Part shown: in pieces, positions 35,779 through 49,011 of the stretch
Layout: each line of letters starts with the position of its first letter
How positions within the stretch are numbered: the stretch's first letter is position 1
Assembly (NCBI RefSeq): GCF_000315625.1
Contig: NW_005434611.1
Location: 183,523 to 247,522 of the forward strand
Reading direction: 5' to 3'
From: Guillardia theta CCMP2712
Taxonomy: Eukaryota; Protista; Cryptophyta
DNA: 64,000 nucleotides
The notes under the pieces: generated by a model
What the model saw: only the letters and a program-made list of their open reading frames with translations
Told to the model about the DNA's origin: nothing
The model's database searches: none
Program-made: the position numbers and the translations under genes

Positions 35779-37093
35779 ATGAGGCTCCTCCTGTGTACGG
35801 CTGCATTCTTTTCCATCATCGACATCAGCATCAGCGTCAAATGCTTCCATCAAACTCAAAATATCGGCGACACTCCTGCTCCCTCCCAGCTCTTTCATCA
35901 TGCCCTCGTTGACAAGAACAACAAACCTGTTGCACTCACTGCGTATGACTGCTCGGTATGAATTTCCGTCCTCACTCCATTCCCCCACTGCCCCACCTTC
36001 TCACTTGCCTCTCTCATTTCTCCTTTCTCCTCGTCTTCTACTTTCTCCTCCTCTCCTCTCCTCTCCTCTCCTCTCCTCTCCTCTCCTCTCCTCTCCTCTC
36101 CTCTCCTCTCCTCTCCTCTCCTCTCCTCTCCTCTCCTCTCCTCTCCTCTCCTCTCCTCTCCGCTCCGCTCCGCTCCCCTCCTCTCCTCTCCTCTTCTCTT
36201 CTCTCCTCTCCTCTCCTCTCCTCTCCTCTCCTCTCCTCTCCTCTCCTCTCCTCTCCTCTCTGCTAACCCGACCCATACTCGCTTATATGGGCAGAAGGGA
36301 TAAGAGATACTGGGAGAGTCCTGTCTGAGTGATAATATCGAGCTGGGCTGTNNNNNNNNNNNNNNNNNNNNNNNNNNNNNNNNNNNNNNNNNNNNNNNNN
36401 NNNNNNNNNNNNNNNNNNNNNNNNNNNNNNNNNNNNNNNNNNNNNNNNNNNNNNNNNNNNNNNNNNNNNNNNTTCCTCCCCGCTCTTCCTATCTCCTCCG
36501 TCTCCTCCTCCTCGTCTCCTCGTCTCCTCTCTGTCGTCTCCTCCGTCTCCTCCTCCTCCTCCCCCTCCTCCCCCCCTCCTTCTCCTCCTCTTACCGCCTT
36601 CTCTCACAACTAATCTTGTGGTCTTCTTCCTGCAGTGTGTTGACTATGCCACGAAAGCTGGAGCAATCTGTGATGCAGGGAGGACTAAGACCGTTGGGAA
36701 CAACATCCTGGATGCTTGTGCTTACAAGTGCTGTTCAAGTATGTGTGAAAGTTGAAGCTATCCTCCCCCTTCATCCTTCCTTCTTCCCCTCCTCTATGTC
36801 TCCTACACGATCCCTTACCCCCTGTTACCTGCTCCCTGCTCTTCCGTGTCTTTCTGCTCGCCTGGCTCGCTCTCAAGCACCACAATCCTCCTCTTCTTCC
36901 TTTCACCCTCCTCTTGGAAGATCGCCTGCATGACATCTCTAATACAGGTGATGAGTGCAACCTAAAGTTCGAGGAATGCAAGAACCCTCTCGACTATTGT
37001 TACACCTTGACTGGTATAACCCATTCCTGTCCCGGCCCCTGCCCCTACTCCAGCTCCTACTCCAGCTCCTCTTCCAGCCCCTTGTCTTGCTGA
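35779..37093 (+). CDS. Small secreted Cys-rich protein, Ly6/uPAR (three-finger)-like; at least 3 exons, assembly gap in intron 1
   Basis: MRLLLCTAAFFSIIDISISVKCFH...YDCS|CVDYATKAGAICDAG...DACAYKCCS|SDECNLKFEECKNPLDYCYTLTGITHSCPGPCPY...*. Splicing creates CCSSDECN. Confidence 0.6.
36352..36472. other. Assembly gap (N run)
   Basis: N bases next to a (CTCTC)n repeat. Confidence 1.
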
Positions 37094-37201
37094 TGCCCTT
37101 GCCACTGCCACTGCTCTTTTGGAATTCCTACATCGTTCACACATTGTATAGTGGTCATACTAGTCCTGCTCTGAATCCCTCGTGATCTCACCTTTCAACT
37201 C

Positions 37202-39128
37202 TCAGGCGACAATGCAACCAAGTTCTACTCGTCCGACGGCGAGAGGCTCCAGAGCTCTTCCTCGCTCCTTCTCACATCCTTGTGCCTCCTTGCCAGCATA
37301 CTGGCTGGGCGTCGCTGCGGTCCTTGAGGGAGATAGTTCATATACAACACTGAAAGAATACAGAAAACACATGTGGAGGTAGTTGACCCCCAATGTTATC
37401 GACTGTCATCTCTACCGTACTCCAAATCGCTCTCTGAGATCGCTCCCCGGTCAAGCTTGTCAAGTCGCAGCCTTGCATTCGTTCGTTTCGGGCTGAAGGA
37501 CACGATGATGGAAGGGAGGGAGTCATAGTTGGGGGACATGCTTACTTGCTGCGGGAACATGTCAGGGTTCACACACGACTGGAGTGCGTGTAAAGGGAGC
37601 AGAGGACAAGACAGAAAAAGAGAGAAGTAGAGAAGGGAAGGGCAGGGAGGGATCTCACCGATTTCAAACTTGCACGCTTCTTCCTCATTCCTAGTCGATT
37701 GTTTCTGACTGGCGGAAAGAGGTTCTGATTTATAGCTCCCATGTGCTTAGAATGTTCGCTGTCGCTATCCTCCTCCCTGTGTATTCTAACCTGCTGAACC
37801 TGCGAAGAGGGTCAGGAAGCAGAAGACGGACGAGGAGGAGGAGGAGGAGGAGAAGGCACAAGAAGAAAACACAGAAACAAGCAGTTAAGAGGTCGCACCT
37901 GATCCCTTGAGAAAGATTCTTGTCGCAGAGCCGCCAGCCTTTGGACGTCGAGGATGTTGAGTAGATGCTCGTGGCTGACAGGGTCACTGTGCGACGACGA
38001 GGCCTTGCTGCAGTTCGACCTCCCAGCGCTAGAGTTGCTCGACACTGACTCCGTCTTGTCGCAATGAGTGACGGAGCCCCCGGCCCTTGCTCCCCTCCCC
38101 CGGCTGCCTCCGTGCAGCAGGTTGACTGAGAGGGCAGCCAGCAAGTCCTTGTGCTCATCGTCCTTGACTTCTTCCTTCCGTGGCGAGACCAACTTGTGTC
38201 TGTGCTCCTCCAATCGGCCTGCAAACTCTCGGCGATGTGCAGCCAGATCGTCCTTGCTGGACATGAAGTTTGTGATGATCAGAGTCGTGTCGCTGTTCCT
38301 CGGGATATCATTCTCTTGCCTCCTGTCGGGCAGAGGAAAAGACCTGTTCACAAGCTCGACGACCTTAGGTAAGAGATCGTCAGTCAGAAAGGATTGGATC
38401 AGCGCAGGGAGAGCAACCTTGAACGGAGAATCTCTCCGGGGACGGGAGGCAAAGAAGTTGGAATGCTTCCTCGAGTTATGATCCATCCCAACAATCATGA
38501 ACTGATCCGCCATGTCGACCGGTTTCAACCTGCCGTCGTTGGGGGCATAGGAGGTCTCGATCTTTGACCCTCCTTGTGGGGGATTCAGTGAACTTGATTT
38601 CGATTCCTTCCTGCCCTCCTTCACAGGCGACTTGTGAAACTTGATGTACGTCGTGGCAGTCTCATGCTCGATCCTGATTCCTTTCCGCCTGTCTCTTGTC
38701 TTCGTTTGCTTGGAAAGCTCCTCGAGCTGCTGAATGATTTCTTGCTCGCCATCGTTCCAACAACCGAAGTCGTTTTTGGTATCTCCCCCACGTCGCCCGA
38801 AAGTGAGAGATAGCAGCTCGTTCGTGAGATGATGTGGCGTTCCATGCTTCAGACCAAACGCTGATGGACCATCATCTAGAACGTCTTGCACGAAGTCCCT
38901 GACCATCGTCGTTTCTATTTTGTTGCCTGGTGAGTTGTCAAGGAAAATCAAAGAGCGATCTTCATCGTATCCTACTGTACAATCCGTGAACCTGTGCCAG
39001 TGAATGAGAAACAAGTTCAAGAATGCACTGCATATCATTCCAATGGGTTTGCTTGTGGATATTTTCTGTTTGTGAGAGGGCCAAATATCACGGAAACTCA
39101 GCAATACATCAAAAGCGGGAAGCTGCAT
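37202..39128 (-). CDS. Multi-exon hypothetical protein
   Basis: 438-aa ORF with coding-like composition plus downstream exons; no recognisable domain; both ends approximate. Confidence 0.55.
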
Positions 39129-40521
39129 CAGCAGCAGACAGGATCAATCGAGATTGATTTCAAGAAGACTCGATGACATGCAAGAAGAAAAAACTGTAGA
39201 CATTAAGGCTTTGCCAATATGAGTACAAGTACGTACAAAAGGTCCTAAACCATTCTATAGCAAAGAGTTCAAGTATGATCACAAGGAGCTAGTCTTGCCA
39301 AAGATGGTCATTGCAATCGCAGAGAAGCAAGAATCATGTACATCAGCCATCCCGAGGGAGCGGGAGGAGAAGAAAACAAGGACCAAGTGCTTAAAGAAGG
39401 CTGCAGGAGCATGTGGACAGTGCATCGCGGGAGGTAGAAAAGTGGGCGAGCCAGGGGCTTAGGAGGGGGCGAGAGAGGGAGGAAGGGAGACGGGGTGCAA
39501 GGGAGGAAGGGAGATGAGAGGTGGGAGAGGTGGGAGAGAGAGAGAGAAGGGAGGGTGGGAAGGAAAAGATTGCTGTTCCTCTCTAAAATTTCATGGGCCA
39601 TGATTTTCGCACCTATGTCAAACCAGGCCTCCAAATGACCGGTGGTGCAGTCCATGTAAGGGGTCCCTGTAATATCTGTCAAATTTGCCCTTGAGAAAAG
39701 GTGGGTGCTTTGATGTAAGTTGGGTGGTGGGGTAATGATCAGAGTTGGGTGGTGGGTACAGCTTGATGGGTACCGCGGTCAGAGATTTGTTGAGGAAAAG
39801 AGAGGGAGGTAGGGGTACTTTTCCATACAATTAGGGGGTGCGGGTGGGTAGTAGGGGTTAACCTCTGCCTGGCAATTTTGTCGCAGGAAAATGGACCTGG
39901 CGAGTGATAGTGAGGGGGGTGGGGGTACTTCTTGGGGTGCGAGGCTACCAGGGGTTCAAGGTGAATTTGCCATGTATGAAGGGGTAGTCAGATGGGTGGG
40001 TGCCTTGTCACACGGGTCACTGCTAAACACCTGAGACAAGACACACAGGGGGTGGTTAAAAGGGTCCCTGAGGGGGGTGGTAGTCAATCGACGGTCAATA
40101 GGCTGCTCCGAGCCGGTGCATAGGGTGGGGTAATAGATGGTAGTAGGAGGGGGTCCCCTTGGTCAGCGCCTGTGTTCAGGAATCTAGCACAGGGTCCACT
40201 GGATACCACTTTTAAAACTCTAAGTTTTAAGAACACGAACAAACGCATTTTCACCCTGGAGATTTATAGCTGAAACTCCGAAGACTCTCAGTCGCCTGGC
40301 CCACTTTCAAAGAACCGGCCGCCGGGCCCGGCCCGGCCCGGCCCGGCCGGCTATCAGTGCGGCAGAATTGGGACGAGGGCAATCCGTGATGACACACTGA
40401 GCTAGCTAGGAACAGAAGGATTTCTGCATGTTTGCAGAATATTTGAACATTAAATATAAATATTGAAAACTTCACCTGAATAATTTCAAATTGTTGCTGG
40501 AAACCAAGTTTGTCGATTGTG

Positions 40522-43500
40522 ATGCACAGTTCGGGCAGGCGAGGACGCGGGGGGCGAGGAGGAGGAAGAGGAGGAGGAGGAGGAGGAGGAGGATTCACCG
40601 ACTTAGGTAGAGACGGAGGAAGAGGAGAGCCAAGAGTCGAGCAGGATCAAGACTTTGGAACGCGTGGAGGACTTGTGGGCGCCATGGAGGGTGGTAGGGG
40701 AACATTTGGTAGACGGGGTGCGGGCCGGGGATCCAGGCGACTTGAAGATTCTGGAGGATATCTGCATGCCCCCAGAGAACGGGGACAAGGACAAGCAGAT
40801 TTGTATGAGGAGGAGATGGCAACAGCGAGAAATCCAACTTATCATAACGGCATACCTTTGGATCGAGTTTATCAGGGACCCGCGGAGCACGAGAGGGATC
40901 TTGGAGGGGGGAGGGGGAGGGGGAATCATCAAACCTTTATGAATGGACATTGGAATCAGAACGATGGAATAAATTTCAGCGCCATGGTCAACATTGTTGC
41001 AGCCTCCGTGATCGCTCAGCATGGCTACCTGGACTTTGAGGTCCTTGAACGCGAGCTGGGCAAACGGACGGACATGGAAAGGTTGAAGAGGAATAGAGAA
41101 GCGAATGGGATCCTGTTCAACATGCAGAGAGTCTTGAAGAACATCAACCTGGTGATAAGCTCGGCGATCGCAACAAACTGGCTGATAACCCTGCACGATG
41201 TACGGGAGATGATGTTCAAGCTGAAAGATCTCGACGGCCTGTCGAGCTTCGACGACCTGCATGTCGGATCTCTGCTCCACTTCCGCAAAGTCAAGGAAAA
41301 TTTCCATCCATCCGAGAGTATCCTTGAGCGCAACAACATCCCTCCGATAACTACCCTGGAAGTCTTGCTGAAGATTGCTCAAATGCAGATGGGAAAAGAC
41401 GCGGATGTTCTTCAGGAGGTAGAAGGAGCGATGAACGATCTGGCTGTCGAAAAAGGATACGAGAGCAGCAGCGATCTCTGCCTGTATATTGACAGAAGCA
41501 AACTTGTTCACTTCTTTGCTAGGATGGCAGAAAGGTTCGCAAGAGCAAATCTCAAGCAGGTGAAGCAAGAATTCGCAGAGAGGATGGGGCACATGCGCGT
41601 CGAGAATCATTTCACCGGCATGCAGCGCGGGGTGATATGGTGGCATCGGCTGAGAGCTCTGGTTGCAGGGATGGATCATGGGAGAGCTCTGCAATGCATT
41701 CAGGAAGTGTTGCAGAATAACGCTGGTTTGTCCGATCTGCTTGGCGAGGGCGAAGACTTGTGTCCTTCTGTCAGTGTCATGCCGACCTTCGATGGATTAG
41801 AAGTGCATGAAGAAACGCAATGCAGCGTCTGCTTGTTTTTGATTCAAGGAACACGATGGTCGTGTGGTTCTTGTCCAGATGTTGACTTGTGCGACATGTG
41901 CAATGAGTATCGGCTGAGGGAGAAAGTCTGCGAGGAGATCAAAGAGTGCGAACATCATCTCTTCCTGCCGTTCTGCGAAGAGTTTGGGAGGAGGCCGCAG
42001 ATTCTCTACCGTCTGGTGCTGGAGATCATCGCTGACCATGGAGAAGACGTGCTAGCGGTCGAGGCCATGAGCTCCGACCACCTTGCAGAGCTTGTTCTTT
42101 TCAAACTTCACGAGCGGGACCTGAGGCTTCTTGAAAGAGGTGATCGTACGTCCTACATGTCGTTGATCAGAAGCGGATGTCAAGAGATACAAGCTGCGAT
42201 TGACAACCCGGAAGCATCAGCCTGTAGATATCTGAAAGAGACTTGGAAAGTCATGGAATGGACCGCAGCAGCGTTCTCAAGGATCATCCAAGACATCAAG
42301 ACAGAGATTTTGGCCCTCCGCTACAACACACCCAAGATGTCTCTCACAGTTCGGCGAGAGGAGCGAAGTGATATTCATCACAATCTTGCTCTGCTCCTGT
42401 ACATGGCAATGTACATCACTGGAGCTCCACCTTTGCCAGCGGAGCGCGGGGCCGCCATGCCCACTGCAGTGGAAGCTCGTCCAGCAAACTCAGTCAGGAA
42501 TGTCGACGTTGAGACCATTCTTGGAGAGTTTGCCGCTGCGATAGGCAACGTTCGCTTGCAAGCAAGAGACGTGCTGTCGGTTCTCATTGAGCTTGACAAC
42601 ATCTATCAAAGACACGCTGGCCCTTCCTCGCTTCCCTCGGTGGTCCAGCTGATCCGTGAGAATCAGCTGCTGTGCGACTTTATCAACCAGTGCAACCTAG
42701 TCAAGGCCCCGGAGGCGTCATCGGCAGATGCTCTGAACGCAGTCAAGGGTGAGATGGAGTGCATGAAGACAGTGAGCGTGAAGAACGTCTGGAAGGTTGT
42801 GGATCAACTTCAGCAGCTGGAAGACAGAATCTGCAAGAAGAATGGGGTGGAGCAGTTCGCCGCGATGTCAGGAGGGAAGAGCTTCTTGGAGCTCTGCATC
42901 GACTCGTCGCAGTTGGAGAAGCTGCTCGAGGAGAAGCTCGTGATGGACGCGAGTCAAGGAGCATCAAGGCAGCTGCTCGAGCTCGAAGGGGGAGCGCGAG
43001 AGCGACTGAGAGACGTCGCGTGCATGCTGCAGGAGCTCATCAAGGACAAGAGGACAAGCTCGTCGATCAGCAGCGAGTTCCTGCGGGTCAACTTCAACTG
43101 TGAGGTTGGTGACAGTTTCGTTGAGGCTCTCAAGACGTACGGGCCTGACAGTCAGCATGCTCGAATGCCGTTTGCCTTCTCGAGGAGGTTGTTGGAGGAG
43201 AAACGTCAGGATGCAGTGCCAAGTGACGCAGAACCTGTCGTGGAGAGCAAGCGACAAGAGGTTCTGAGAAAGATCGAGAGGGTTCCTCCCCTACAAGACA
43301 TCCAGGAATGGGTAGACTGGGAAGAGTACGGCTCTGTTCTCGGCTCCTTCTCTTCTTTCATCCACAGGCAGTGGAAGCAGGGGAAGGTGAAGAATGTGAT
43401 TCAGATCAGCTCAGACTTGTTTGTGCGGGTCGAGCTCAGCACCTTCACTGACTTTGAGGGAGCTGTTTGCAGGCGACGAGCGAGAGATGCGGCGCAGGCA

Positions 43501-46500
43501 GCTGTGGGGCATGTGTTCTTGACCGGCACTTGTTATGCCGAGAGCGTAGCAAGGCTACAGAGAAGTTTCACAGAGTTGCTTACAAGCGACGAGGCTGACA
43601 GGCCGGATGAAAGCTTCATCCTTGACGCGATAGCATGTGTCCCCCCCCGGCTGCGGAGGGACGTGGGCCTTCCCGTCTTTGCTGAGCCGTTCTTGAGCTC
43701 AGCCACGAGTGCGAGCCAGCGACTGGTCGCGTCATGCAAGTCAGAGGCGCACGAGGTTGTCCTTGAACGGTTGGCCGCCGCCTTCCCCCGCCTCAACTTC
43801 ACCCTCAGACGAGACGACTCGCACCCGTTGGAAGCAGCTCCGCGTTCAGTTCCAGTGCCATCGGAGGCAAGCGGAGATGATGGGGTGGTGGAGAGCAGAG
43901 GAGATGGAGAAGCAGCACAAGAGCGCGCGATTGAGGCGAGAAAGTGTACACATGACGGGGATGAAGCAGAGTCGAAGACCGAATTGATATGCCGCAAGAT
44001 TCGGAACAAGTACGGAATTCAACTCGACACCATGGGACTGGATCCTGAGCTCAGGAAGGTGGTGGAAGAGCAGAGGAAGATGTTGAAGAAGTGAGTACAA
44101 GTCCTTCATCGATGTTGCACATGCTTGACTGTGATGTTTCCAGCTCACTCAAGTTACTGTCTACGGAGCTGTACGCCAAGGAAATCCACTACATACACGA
44201 GGTGAGATCGTTGGCTGTAGAGGAGAGGAAGCTGATAGTTGTGCGTTTGTCAGATCATCCAGAACTGTGATGACAACTCGTACACGGGCGACGTGGAGCC
44301 CTCGTTGATCATCCGGCTGACAGAAGAGTTGATTGAGTTCGAGAACAACGAGATCGGGTTCAGCGAGAGAGACGTCGAGTCGATATGCTCCATCGGCCAG
44401 AGCAGCAAAGCCAACAGGAAGGGTTTCATAGGGCACAAGGGCATAGGGTTCAAGAGCGTGTTCAAGATCTGCAGCAAGCCCAAGATCCATTCCAACGAGT
44501 TCCACTTCGAGCTCGCGGCAGAGGCGAAGGAGGGGGAGGAGAGCGCGGGGTTGGAGTACATCGTCCCTCAACCAATTCCTCCCCCAGCAGGATGGCGAGC
44601 TGGCTCCGGGACGAAGATCGTGCTTCCCATCGCGAGCAGCCGTCGACGGGAGATCCAAGCATGCATCAAGGACTTGGAGGAGACGATCCTGCTCTTCCTG
44701 CGGAAGCTGAGGGTGATCGAGATACACGACGCGAGGGCACAGGATGGCTCCGTGCACATCAGGAGGATGAGGAGAGAAGCTGAGACGGAGGGGAACTTTG
44801 ACTTGGTCAGCCTCACCAAGGTCGTGGACGGCGAGGAGTCGAGCCAAGACTGGCTGGTGCTCAAGACCAACGTGGCTGAGAAGACGCAGGATGACCTCTG
44901 CCTCCAGCTGGCGGTTCCTTTCATGCACGAGCTGGGAGCCGAGCAGGACTACCAGCAGAGAGATGTCTTTGCGTACCTCCCGGTGAGATGCTACGGGTTC
45001 CGTTTCATCGTCAACGGAGACTTCGCCGTCACCTCGTCAAGGGAGTCGGTGGACACCATGGACAGTAGGAACCTGCGCCTCCGCGATGGGATAGCCAGAC
45101 ACTTTCCTACGTTGATACGCGAGTTGCAGGAGAGGTACCTGTCAGCGACGAAGCAGAACCAGGAAGCTGAGAGAGACGTGCATGTAGGAGAGTACACGCG
45201 GGTGGTCATGTCTGTCCTCCCGACCCCAGGAGAGGTCAACGACTTCTTCGCGGTTGTACCTGATCAGATCAGGAGAGCGATCGATAGCCTTGAGCTTGTT
45301 CCCCTCAGGACCGGAAAGTTTGTCAAGGCTCGTTGTGCCGTGTGGAGGCCGCGGAAGGTGGAGAGTGAAGTCATCAGCTTCTTGGAGGAGATGCTCGCCG
45401 AGGAAGGACTGGGGTTTGTGCACGACGCCGTCGCCAAGTACCAGGTCCTCGGCGAACATCTGGGGATCAGACGCCTCCAGCAAGTCTTCCCATCCATCTT
45501 GAAGCATCTGGAGCAACGGCTGCAGTCCAGCCTCTCCGACGACCTGACTATGGAGTGCTTGGCATGGATCTTCAACGAGCTGAGAGACGAGGAGGACGTG
45601 GCAGTACTTCGGGAGGTCTTGCAACGCAAACTGATCCCTCTGGCCTCGGGCGACTTTGTCAGGCCACAGGAGAAGAGTGTGTATGTGCTTCAAGACGTCT
45701 TTGATCTTTCTCTCGATCCTTCCCCCTCCTTCCGCATCCTCCATCCCTTGTTCGCCGAGAAGATCCAGATGTACGGTCGCGGCCTGAAGAGCTTCTTGAA
45801 GGAGATGAATGTGGTCTGGAACAACGCTGAAGCATTCCTGCGCAGCCAACTGATGCCCGTGTTGCATGACCAAGAGAGCGAGGAGAAGGATCTGGTGACC
45901 GGGCTGATTCTGCTCAAGAAGGTGTTGGAACAGCAGAGTGAGCAGGTGAGGCGGCTAATGTTGCTCGACATCCGGCAGAAAGGCATCGTGCTGCTCGACG
46001 AGCAAGGAGATCGTGTGTGGAGCTGCAACGCGCTGCATCAGGGCCCGAGCTACTCCAAGCATGCGGACCGAGTGACCGACATCGTCGGGAGATCCTCCGG
46101 CTCCATGTCCCCTGTCCCCTGGAAGTTGGTCAGCTCCAAGTACCTCGAGAAGGAACAGGATGCGGGAGGATGGAGGGCGGTCTTCCTTGGGCTGGGGATC
46201 TTGACCTTCTGCCACGTCCGAGAACCTGGATACACCTCAGAAGAGATGTGCAGCCTCTATCGGTCCATCGTCGAAGCGGATGGAGCTCCAGAGCCGAGGC
46301 GACGGAGACTGCAGCTGTTCTTCTCTCTGCTCTCGGATGTCTGGCAGGAGGAGTACGAGCAGGCTCTTGGTCTTCCGGAGGAAGGCGAGGTAGCTTTTCT
46401 CACCTTCCTCCGCCAGGAAGCCAAGCTCCCAGGCACTGACGGTCAGCTCCATCCCCCGCAGCTTCTCCTTCAGAGGACCGAGCACGTCTACAGAGTCCTG

Positions 46501-49011
46501 GGGGCAAAAGGAATCTACCCAGACGTCGACAATCTGGACGTGAAGCTCTCCCAGCGCCTTGGAATCAGCTCCCAGCTGCAGCCCAGCAACATTTTCGATC
46601 AGTTGGAGCACTGGAGAAGCTCTTCAACGCCTCTGTCACTGAGCTTCATGGAGAGCGTCTACAAGTGCCTGCGATCAGACCAGTCCAGCTGTAACTCCAG
46701 CAGTGAGCGGAGATGCATCTTCGTGCCTGACAAGCATTCGGTGATGAGTCTGGTGACGCAGAAAGGAAAGGAGAAGTACGTGTTGGATGCGTCAGTGGAG
46801 ACGGCGGGCAAGTGGTACAGCGCGCCGTCGCTGGTGCTGAAGGATCCGAGCTACCTCCTTGACACTGACAGAATAGAAGTGACGAGGGGGATGAACGACT
46901 ACTGCTGTCAGGGAGACTTCCGTGCTGTGGAAGCTTACTACAAGAACGTCTTGGACGTGCTCTCGGGGTTCGGAGTGAGGGAGGAGCCGCCGTACGAGTT
47001 CTATACCAGCCTGTTGAGGCGTCTGGAGAGAGAGTCGTCCTCCAAGATCACTGCCGTGGAGAAGCTTGCTTGCCAACTTCGAGTCCTCGTCCACTTCTCC
47101 TTCGAGTTCGACGACACCAGGAGCAACCTGAAGCCTCTCTTTGCCGACCAGCCGCATGCTCACCCCAGGACGCTGGAGGAGCTGCTGGCGCTCGTGCGTG
47201 AGACGACGCTGAGGAACAAGTGGGTCGAGAAAGCCTTGCAGCTCGAGACTGCCGTCAGGCAGATGAGGGATCATGATGTTCGCTTCCCCGGCAGCGACGG
47301 CTCCTCTGTGGCCCTCAGTGAGTGCCTGGCCATCTACGAGGACGATGCTGTGGCCCCGAGGCTTGAGGCGCTTGGAGGTCAGTTTGGCTTCAGTGCCATG
47401 GAGCTTCAGTCCTCTGCCCGTTGGATGGATGTCGTGAAGCAGTCGGTCTGTCTGCGGCACTTTGACGTATCCGATGGGAAGCCTTTCAGGGCTGATCAGG
47501 GCGGGGTCGCGGTCAAAGGCTATCCCCTCCACCTCGCGAGATTCTACCATGAGGTCCTGGGCCTGCCGCACCTGGCGGGCTGCATTGAGGAAGAGGTGAA
47601 GGCAAAGGACAAGGTGGCAGGCATGAAGGTCACGATCTCAGTTGCCAGCGACTCGACGGGCCGTCGAGATGAGAAGCTTTCTTTCCTCCCTGACTCAGAA
47701 GCTGAGAGCCGAGGAGAACAGCTGGAGGTATCAGACCCGGATCTCCTCATCCTGTGCTCAGTGTTGGAGGCCGTCAAGAGGTTTGCTGGCGAGTCTTCTC
47801 ACTCGGTGCAAGTTGTTTGCGTCCACGACCTCTACGTCCACATCGGCATCAGGCAGCCAGACAAGCAGTTCAAGGAGCTTCTCACCGTTGAGAAGAGAAT
47901 GACAAGCCAGCGTGTGGGCGGAGAGAGGGTGATGAGCGTGGTGCAAGGAACGCTGAGTCACATGTCTGACGGGGATGACATCGTTCATGAGCTTGTGCGA
48001 TGCTTGTCTGCGCTGCTGGACTTGCAGGTCAGCTCGAGTTGCCTGTGTGATATCCTGACGTGACGTGCTCTGCAGGGGACGCGAGACTCGGAGATCGAAG
48101 AGGCCGTGAGAGGCTCCATCAGGAGCAGCCTTGGCCTCTCGACCAGGAGCCCAGCAGGGAACGATGGCGGTATATCCGCGGCGATGCAGAGGATACAGCT
48201 GCATGAAGAGGAAGAGCTGGAGTTGGTGGAGGACGGAGACTTCGATTTCTCAGATGTCTCAAAGCAGATCAATGCAAATCGCTTAAGTGAGATCGAGCGA
48301 CTGAGACTGAAAGCTGCCACGTCATCGCCCGGTGAGCCCGAGCGGAGCGTGCTTCAGACTATCCGCGACCCCCTGGCATTCTCGTCGGAGGAGCGGGTAC
48401 GAGTGCCGATGCCTGTCCGACTCCCCAGGCACCTTCACTTCATGATGCCCAGCATGGACGACGAGGAAGAGGAGGGAGAGGGGGAGGAGGAAGCGTATGA
48501 GCTCGCGAACATCTCAGTCCCTCAGGACCAGGAGCGCTCATCGGAGACGGGAAGGTAGGAGAGGACTGTGCGACTGCGAGGCGAGCTGACATGCTGCAGG
48601 ATCGGGGAGGCGATCATGAACGCCTGGCTGTCGTCCAACCACTTCGACTTCAAGTGGGTGAACGAGGACGGCGAGTCCTTGAAGCCCTTCGACTTCGTCG
48701 TGAGAACCGACGAGAAGGACTGGTACCTCGAGGTGAAGGCGACGGAGGGCAGCATGCCGGAGGCTTCGGCGGCGGAGGAAATCTTCATCTCCCCTCAGGA
48801 GATTCACTTTGCAATGACCAACCCCGTTGCCTTGGCCCGTATCTACCAGACGAGGTCTGAGAACCCGCGGGTTCTCGTGCTCAAGGCCTTCTCCAGGCTC
48901 GTACGAGCCAACAAGATCGAGTGCCGAGCTCGCATCTCAGCCAAGACGATCAAGAAACAAGTTGCGGAGGACGAAGCGGGAGAGGGACTGGACGCTTCAC
49001 ACTCACAGTAG
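40522..49011 (+). CDS. NOV: NO VEIN-like protein: RGG-rich N-terminus, ZZ-type zinc finger, sacsin-like GHKL ATPase, C-terminal DUF3883/NOV_C nuclease-fold domain; about 5 exons
   Basis: Splicing near 44091-44253 gives LKLLSTELYAKEIHYIHE|IIQNCDDN; then NNEIGFSERDVESICSIGQSSK, FIGHKGIGFKSVF, IHSNEFHF, VFAYLPVRCYGFRFIVNGDFAVTSSRE; C-terminus GR|IGEA...WVNEDGESLKPFDF...YLEVKAT...FISPQE; CSVC...WSCGSCPDVDLCDMC at about 41820-41900. Confidence 0.88.
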
